A DNA stretch of 63,036 bases, counting the filler, from Circinaria calcarea (Eukaryota), in the NCBI GenBank assembly GCA_051942165.1. It is 5 parts of 5 records of this genome, joined end to end, with 100 filler letters (N's around TTAATTAATTAA, not from the genome) between each part and the next. Parts side by side here need not be neighbours in the genome. Positions count along the whole stretch, not along the records: positions 50,554 to 63,036 come from JAVECS010000564.1; 4 more parts are not named here. One strand, written 5' to 3'. Below, piece by piece: positions 55,273-63,036 of the stretch. The notes under the pieces were generated by a model. The model saw nothing but the letters and a program-made list of their open reading frames with translations. It was not told the origin of the DNA and made no database searches. Each line of letters opens with the position of its first letter. The stretch's first letter is position 1. Made by a program: the position numbers and the translations under genes.

Positions 55273-55555
55273 CAGTTGGTGTCAAAAGTCTATGCGCTTT
55301 TTAAGAGTCCTTTTTTTTCTGCGATCTCCGCAAGGGTTAGGCAAAGCGCTACTGCAAAACGATAATTCATTAATACACTCCATAGATAATATGCCATCGA
55401 GAATCCTATCGGATCCCTACCCAGAAAGTAAAATATTATTCGCTCAAGATAGCATTTATTAGTGAAGTAGGGCTAATGCCTTCGCTTAACCCTTGCGGAG
55501 ATCCCCCAAAAAAAAGAGGACCCTCAAAAAACGCATAGACTTCTGACACCAACTG
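55273..55555. mobile_element. Tc1/mariner-type MITE (non-autonomous)
   Basis: 283 bp; ~70-bp imperfect TIRs CAGTTGGTGTCAAAAGTCTATGCG... / ...CGCATAGACTTCTGACACCAACTG, flanked by TA on both sides; no ORF. Confidence 0.88.
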
Positions 55556-56574
55556 TAAGACGCAAACAAGTGGATCAATAATAGGTTGGCGAATGATCAA
55601 TCTGGGTCGGATGGCTTGGAAAGAGCAGCTGGAGTGGATGTGTTACTTTTCACACCAAAAACAACACTCTGCAATACAGTGGGGGGGGAAATGCAATCGA
55701 AAGGTTATTCTCTACCTATTACCTGAGCGACTCGGATACCATTTGACTTCCATCCGAACCTGTTGCGACCTTGCTGCTGTTGTCTAGACTCTTCTTTCGG
55801 AGGGCGACTACAAGGTGGCTCGCTGTCACCCTGTCGAAAGCACGACATTCTGCAGTGTGTCCGGCTAATGGAGGCTGAGCAAGGACCCAATAAGTTGGGC
55901 AATAGTGCTGGGCGTGCATGCCTGCCTTATCGTACTCTTTGCCTGCGAAAGGTAAAGCTCGAGGTTTACGTATGAAGGTGGTTTTGCCTTGCACCCCTGA
56001 CTGTGATGATGTTGTTTTCCGCTTGGGCTTGAGCAATGCACACGAACTACCATCTGGTATCTGTCAAGGAATTTAAAAGTGATTGAGAATAATATATAAA
56101 AAAATCTCTGCGATTAACAACGACAACAATATCTCGTCCGTTTCGCTTTACTCCTCGCCCGCCTCGAGGGGTGTGAATAGGGGATAAAGCAACAGGGCGG
56201 TCAACACATGATCCCGGCTGAAGGTGCGCACTGCAGTATGGATCTGGTGGCGGGGAACCAATCACCGTACATCCGGCCACCAAGCACATGGGATGGGACA
56301 AGATAGGCTAGTGCTACGATCTTTTTAGCCTTCTATTTAGCCTTTATGCAGATGCAGAGAATATTTAAATTGACAGCAAAGCACAGACCTAACGCGACCT
56401 ACCCCTGTCGTGTGGACCGTGTGCCATCATTAGCGTAAACAGCAACACCGGAGGTGCGGAGATAAATGGCACTCCACCGTCCGAACTCGTCTCAATTTTG
56501 AATCCCGAACCGTCTGCATGCGTCATCTACTTCACTACACGATTAACATTGACGTCTACTACATTTCGTCTTCG

Positions 56575-56653
56575 AGAAGAGAAGAAGAAGTAGAAGAAGA
56601 AGAAGAAGAAGAAGAAGAAATAGAAGACGAAGACGAAGAAGACAAAGTAGAAG
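56575..56653. repeat. (GAA)n microsatellite
   Basis: Direct reading of the sequence. Confidence 0.85.
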
Positions 56654-59295
56654 ATCCCACCATGCACTAAGATCTGTGAACTCGAGCGCGCTAGTAGCTG
56701 TACTTCGTAAAATGCTTGCAATAATCCAAATCTCTAGGAGACTGAAGACCCCCGAAACTCGACCTACCACGAAGCTCTGATTTGAGGGTATTCGAAGTTG
56801 TCCCATGACTTGAGAGGATTTACCTACAATTGGGAAGAATGCGAATCAATCTCAAATAGGCTTTGCAGTCATGATGGGAGAAGCAAAAAATAGGGCTACC
56901 TTACCTTTAGATGTCCAACGATAACATTCAGGGTATTAGAATATCTGTAGAGGCGCAATATATGCATTAGACTGTCTAGAAGATCAGGTTGACGGCGGGC
57001 AGGATTCTCGATTCTCATCTACCTTCCTACTCTGTAGCCAATCTATACGGCGTACGTCGTATCTTCTACCATCATAATTCAATTCGACCCATGATGCATA
57101 CCTACGCACTCTCCGATAAGAACTGCAGACACTGATCAGACGAATCCAAAACGGCGGTGGACGGGTTCCCGCCGGGTCGTCAAAGTTCCCGTCGAGACCT
57201 TGCTGTGGTTATCCCCCTGTTCTTTGCTTCTTGGCGGAAGGCTGCTATGCTGTCATCAAAAACCCCACAATCGCCCCAGCGAGCAATGAAATGAGCTTCT
57301 GAGTTTCTTCGAGACTGACAGATGAGTACGTCAATGGGCGTTTGCTGTACTCCGTTGTGAGATCCCTGGACAGCCACGACAGCTTCCCCTGTCGGTATAT
57401 CCCAGGGTCTGTAGCCTCATGCAGCGCGGCCTTCGGGGATAGTCGAATTGGTCTGCACGGAGAAAGCGACCAGTCAGACGTGGCTTGCACTCTGCAGTCG
57501 ACTTGATTTTTATGTCGCTTCCGGTATTATACTTCCGATTATCTATCCCAATTACGCTTATTCAACGCAAGCTCAAAACAAAATTGCTTCCACCCCGGAG
57601 CTACTCCAGTTGGGCAAGGATAATGTGGGCGCACCCAAGGTGAACCTCCACCATATCTTTTCTCAGGTTGTTTGATTAGCATTGGCGTGGGATCATGCCG
57701 TTGATCCACGTGGCCAAGATTAAGCTCAGGGCCAATCAAGGCACACTGGCCCGGTGCTGTTGGTATGATGCATCCCAGCATAATACGTATTCGTATGGCG
57801 TGCAAATCTTACTCTTCCTGCATCCTGTCGTCAATGGTCAAGAAATCATCTCGGTATGACACCCTCCCAAACTTCTGGTCGACCCCCCCGCCGGACTTGG
57901 CTAGGCAAGCCTCTTACCCAAAGCGCCATACACGAGAATCCCGCTCACCCGAATAATCAAGAGGCCAAAGCTTCAGGAGCATTGATTTCCACTGATTCAG
58001 CCAGATCCAGCGGTTGAATTCAGCGGACACGCGAGACACTGGGAATTAGGGCCTGAAAAGCTGGGCGTGGTAGCATGGGAGGATACGACCACTACCGCTT
58101 AGCGCACGCCCGCTGGCCGACCCCTTGTCGGTTGGGAGCAGTTGAGTGTCGCTCATTTGGCAACGATGAGCTTAGGGTCAAGGGGAAAAGGGTGAGGTGA
58201 AGATGACGCCGATTGGTAAAGCGGCCATGCAGCCCTCACGAGATGGATCTCGTCCACCCACGTATCGGTGCATCATCATCCCATGGGCTTGGTTACCCAG
58301 TAGGTACACGGCGAAAGTATCTAAACGCCTTTGCGCATCAGCAAGCGCTATGATTGCCTGCGGCCCGAAGGATCAAAGTAATATCAACATACATGCGTTC
58401 TGCACAAACGGTACCGTCCCCTTCCAGTTCCAACACGCGGGACGGCCAAGTGGACGGGTGGGCTTGGAAGATTAGGGCAGGATTAAATGGTAATTGACAG
58501 ACCAGGAGGACCCGGGAAGGACGAACAGGGCCTGCACGTTATCCCATGGATGAGACACGCCCCAGCTCCATGTCCCGCGCTCCCCGAACCCGTCCTCTCG
58601 AAGCTTCGTCTGAAGTGTCAGGAGCACTCGTGTCTCGAAGTGCTTACAGACCTCCCTAGTCCTGAAGCTGTGCATATATCTGGGCCAAGAATGAGATCTG
58701 TGATCCATGTCAGGCGCTGTCATCATCGAAACGCCCATACCGGGTCTCTGGTGTAGGACTCACCGCCATGCTTCGACTTGGTCTGTAGCGTCTAAGCTGC
58801 CGGAAGCTTCTTACTGGTCGATCCTCGACCACTTACATAAACTTCTACTCTTTATCCCTCTCCATACTCCAGGTCACACAAATACCAACTTCGCGTGCCC
58901 TTCTAATCCTTAATGCTAGTCATCCAGATTCATCCGATCCTCCCAGCGCTTCATCTTGTATCACTGAACCTGCCATTAGACCTTTAGCCTGTCATCTTCG
59001 ACTGCGAAGTTGCATACTGGTACAGTTTCAGCTTCGGTCCGGGGACGAATACCGTCCCCAAACTCTCGGCGCCGTGGCGGCTACATCTCCACTGCTCACC
59101 TTGCCCCCATTCCCACCGTTCCCGGGGCCTTATTCTTTTACGGAGTTGGAAGAACGCATCGCCGATTTCAGGTTTAACATCCATCAGTCCATCTCAGAAA
59201 TAAAAGAGGATAGCAGCCATTGGGCGGAAGAGAGGAATGGTCAACGTTACGACGCCCGGGGGGAAAACAGCTTCCCAAACAGTCATATTTGCCAT

Positions 59296-60864
59296 ATGTC
59301 GCAGAAACCGGTCACGGCTGGCAAGGAATCCCAGCCTCCCCCGGATCGAGACCAGGCTAGGTTTTTCCCACGACAGGCGCTGCCTCCCATAGTTGACCCT
59401 TCGAGATTCACGTCATCTCGACCTAGCGAGCATAGTCCTCCTGCATTCGGGAATCCGCCAGCAACGACAGATTCACCGCGAGGAATACTTTCAGAGACCT
59501 CCTCAAACGATGCCGAACAGAGACCGTCTCGTCCGATCAGGATGCACAGTATCCTTAATCCACCCAGTGCTATGGAAGATCGAGTCCCCCAGAGGCCGCC
59601 TTCAAATGCGGAATCTCCGGAAACATCGATTTCAAGCGCTTCATGGCGCCCATCAGATCGCTCGACCCAATCACCAAGCAGTATTTCGACCGCTGGGACG
59701 AATCTGCCCGGCATGAGGGTTCATTCAATGTCTGCTGCTCCGATCAACCGTCCACCCTTAGCCCAGAATCCTGCTGTCAGCCGAGTTGCTAGTCTCGGAT
59801 CAATCGGTCTTCCAAGCGCTACGATCGATGCTAAAAGATCACCATTTCTCTCAGGTCGAGGTCATCAATATCCTCCAGACGTTAGCAATATACCTCTTCC
59901 TGCTGTACCCGTGGGGTACACTCCGCCTGTCGTTTCGCGCACATCCTATGGCTTTCCAATGCAAAAAACGTCGACTCGTCCCGACCGCCGGGGATTAGAA
60001 GTATTGTCTCAAGCGCCTGCGTCACAGAGTGACAGTCCCAGTACATCTTATTCATCTTATAGTCAGCTCAGTCATCCTTCACCTGCTCCGCAGCAATACC
60101 ATCTACCGCCCACACAGGTTTCCTCCTCTGCGCACCTCGGACCACTGGTGACGACACGCGGAGCGGGGCCTGATGACCATCATATCACCATCGGTTCGGA
60201 GAGGAATTACGGGCCGGTGACGAGTGCAGTAGGACAGAGTACATATCAGCTCATGACTCTCGACACGGACCAAGGTCCTATTCAGGTACCTGTTGACGTG
60301 CAAGCTGCTTCGAAAATGGCTGACGAGAAACGAAAGCGCAACGCCGGTGCCTCTGCGCGATTTCGCCAACGTCGGAAAGAGAAAGAACGGGAGTCTTCCC
60401 AGACCATTTCAAAATTGGAGAGTCAAATCCGAGAGATAGGCGAAGAAAGGGAATACTACAGGCAAGAGAGGGACTACTTCCGCAGTCTGGTCTACAGTAC
60501 GTCTGCGCAAGGCCAGGTAGTACCACGTCTTCCTTCGCCCAGGCAGCGCAAGCTCGTTCATCCTGAACCATCGGCGCCACCTGTCAACGGGCAATGGCAG
60601 CAGTCGGAGGAACGCGGGGGGCAAACGGGACGGAATACGCGGCGGCGAATCGGTGCCTATACACCAGTATACGAGCTTCCTCCGTCGACAATGGCAGCAC
60701 CCGATCAAACGCCAATATATTCGACTTCGCCGTCGCTACCGTTTGCGCACCCTGCACCTCGGGCACCAGTTTCTGTTGGAAGACAGTCTATCTCGAGCAT
60801 ACCCCCGCCCCGTTCCGGGCCCGGTCTTCCTTCGGCGCCCCCCAGTTGGAATCACCTTCGTTGA
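59296..60864 (+). CDS. bZIP transcription factor
   Basis: Basic region DEKRKRNAGASARFRQRRKEKE plus a heptad zipper (ISKLESQIREIGEEREYYRQERDYFR), preceded by QGPIQVPVDVQAASK; S/P-rich flanks. First ATG at 59296. Confidence 0.9.
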   Translation: MSQKPVTAGKESQPPPDRDQARFFPRQALPPIVDPSRFTSSRPSEHSPPAFGNPPATTDSPRGILSETSSNDAEQRPSRPIRMHSILNPPSAMEDRVPQRPPSNAESPETSISSASWRPSDRSTQSPSSISTAGTNLPGMRVHSMSAAPINRPPLAQNPAVSRVASLGSIGLPSATIDAKRSPFLSGRGHQYPPDVSNIPLPAVPVGYTPPVVSRTSYGFPMQKTSTRPDRRGLEVLSQAPASQSDSPSTSYSSYSQLSHPSPAPQQYHLPPTQVSSSAHLGPLVTTRGAGPDDHHITIGSERNYGPVTSAVGQSTYQLMTLDTDQGPIQVPVDVQAASKMADEKRKRNAGASARFRQRRKEKERESSQTISKLESQIREIGEEREYYRQERDYFRSLVYSTSAQGQVVPRLPSPRQRKLVHPEPSAPPVNGQWQQSEERGGQTGRNTRRRIGAYTPVYELPPSTMAAPDQTPIYSTSPSLPFAHPAPRAPVSVGRQSISSIPPPRSGPGLPSAPPSWNHLR

Positions 60865-63036
60865 ACATATTTCGGCAGAGCATCGGTTCCTATACATATG
60901 TACACAAGCTTACGACCGTTCAAATACGCTCGGAGCGTAAAGCAACATAATCCCGTGGTCCACAGGCGCAACAGTTTCATATGTTCATTTTTGTTTCAAC
61001 TAGATACCCCCGGCCGGCATTCTGTCAAACTATCGCGCGCGTTATCATCATCTGTACAGGCGGAACTCGTGCTTCGGTCGATGCTTCCCATCAGGATTAC
61101 CCCGGGGGAAATATGCAATTCCTTTTCTCGTTGCTTTTACACTCCCAAACATACGGGGATGGGAAGAGCGGGGAACCATCTTCGCGAAGTTTACGTTGAA
61201 GAAGAGCCATACTCCGTAGGTCACAGGACATTGTTCATGGTTTGCCAAGAACACCCGAAACCACACTCCTTATCTCAACCTCAACTGCGTTGGGCTATTA
61301 TCGTTGTACATATAATCCCGAAGCATATACGCTGGAACCTGTCCAATTGAAAGCCATCGCTCAGACTATATGTCGTAGATAGTGCAAATTTTTCGATAAG
61401 GGGAACAGCACTGACCACCTGTAACCACCCGATACCTTGACAGCCTACCTGGCGGGTGTTGACCCAAAGTTCGAGACCGTTCCAGGGCTCTAAGTTAGTG
61501 CTGACCCCTTCGAACGTTAGGGACCCTCGGAGCGCCAAGTACCACCAATGTTTTGATGATCAACTACGGCGGGCGCTTTTTTCAGTCTCGCCTTTTGTGT
61601 CACGCGTGAGGATACAATCACGAGGTTGAGCATTGATCCAGTATCAACAAAGGACCTATTGCAACAGATCCGAGTCCGCCTTCTGCTTCCACCGATGTCG
61701 GCGTAGGAGTCAGCGCTGTCGACGTTTCGTCTATCCTCCCCCAACATGCACCTCACCTAAGCCCCTCTTGTCAGCCCGGGCGGGTCAAAGCTGCGAATTG
61801 GAAATTGGGCTGGCTCCTTTGCCGCGTGCCCTGCGCAAGCTTCGTCTCTTCATACCCAAACCATCGTAGCAGCCCTTCCGATCGATATCGATTGGCCGAC
61901 GGGCCAATTTCAACTTTGGGTAGCAGTCCGCAATGGGTAAATCCACGTGCATTTGGCCCCGACCTCCACGTGCGTCAGCCGCGCTGCACTCCCTGACTTT
62001 ATCGGACAGACTCCCGTGTGCCGTGCCGTGCCTGCAGCCGACGTCCGGTTTTCGCAATCCGATGCATGTACCTCCGTACCGTTTTTGACGGATGTGACCT
62101 CTTTTCGACATCGCTCCACCCTCATCGGTGGCGTTTGATGCGCCATGCGGAATACATAATGTGCTTCGGCGGAACAACTGACAGCTGTCGTGCCTTGCTT
62201 ATATTTCCTTTTTCCTTTGCTATGCAGCTCGTCTCTTTTCTTGTTCTCTACCCGCCCGAGGTAACAATGACCTGACGCCTTTTCCATCGCAGCCGGTCTG
62301 CCTTGGATTGCCCCTAGCCTGGCTCCCGGCTTACTCCAACTGCCCGCTCAAACCTGGGCGTTTTCGGTTGTTCTCGCCCCGCCATCTATGTATTTGCAAT
62401 ACTCTTGTGTTTGAAGTGGAATGGGGACGTGGATACCCGTCCGATGTCGCATTCGAAGCTCTTTGCTTCCCTCTCCTTCTCTCGGATTTGGTATTTCCAG
62501 GGGGATACCTAGGTACTCTACTGTGGGTACACTCTCAATTACCCTTTCGTAAATACAGCATCATCCCAGACCAGCATTCCCTTCTCTCCTAACAAGGTCC
62601 AGCATCCAATTACAAATATCTAACCCTAATCCCCTCCCCCTAATTCCTTCTTTCCTCCACAAGAGCTCCGCACGCTCCCTCAACAAAAAGAAACCCCCCA
62701 CAGTCACCTTTCTTCGATAGTGAACTCCCAGCTCCACCTATCGGCTTCACCTTCCCTCCCTTCCCTCGCGTAATGCTGACCCCAAGCCCGCTACCCCGCC
62801 TAATCCATATAGTCGCGCCGAGGCGCAGCACCGTCGCATCCAACTTCGCACCGAAAACGCAATACGGTACCCAAGGAACTAGGATGGGGCACGAAGAAGT
62901 TGGTGGCTGATGCACGACACCCCTTCCCACCAACCTCCTCCCATGCCCCGCCTCCGGGTTTCGTGACAAACTAACAGGTAGGATACGCTCACAGGGCCTT
63001 ATAAGAGACGGAGGGGAATGTGGTGAGACCCGGGGG

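Noticed and set aside
55676..55700. Second Tc1/mariner TIR (TA CAGTGGGGGG)
   Set aside because: No matching inverted end found.
62640..63036. Partial gene at the window end
   Set aside because: No recognisable homology; low-complexity contig end.

Overview
Fungal (Pezizomycotina-type) genomic DNA with spliceosomal introns. The window is not one locus: it is five contigs (1-12560, 12661-25202, 25303-37843, 37944-50453, 50554-63036; 12560/12542/12541/12510/12483 bp, in descending length) joined by artificial 100-nt N44-TTAATTAATTAA-N44 linkers. Contig 1 holds a compact five-gene candidate lipid-derived metabolite or signalling cluster with no PKS/NRPS: a P450 with an atypical I-helix, a hot-dog thioesterase, a FAD2/omega-3-type desaturase, a PTH11/SAT4-like membrane protein and a stand-alone adenylation enzyme. 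Contig 2 looks accessory: a GH3 5' end, an unusual ~159-bp-period array built from a ~40-bp motif in alternating orientation, an F-box-like Cys-rich gene, a Clr5-domain gene and possible gene relics. Contigs 3-5 are mostly housekeeping: Skg3/Caf120-like, PTC7-like PP2C, ARO8, OST2; HDA1, GAPDH, GLC3, ClpX; a frameshifted amidase, an SMP-30/gluconolactonase and a bZIP factor. Two solo-LTR-like copies and one Tc1/mariner-type MITE are also present. Exon boundaries were read by eye and are approximate.
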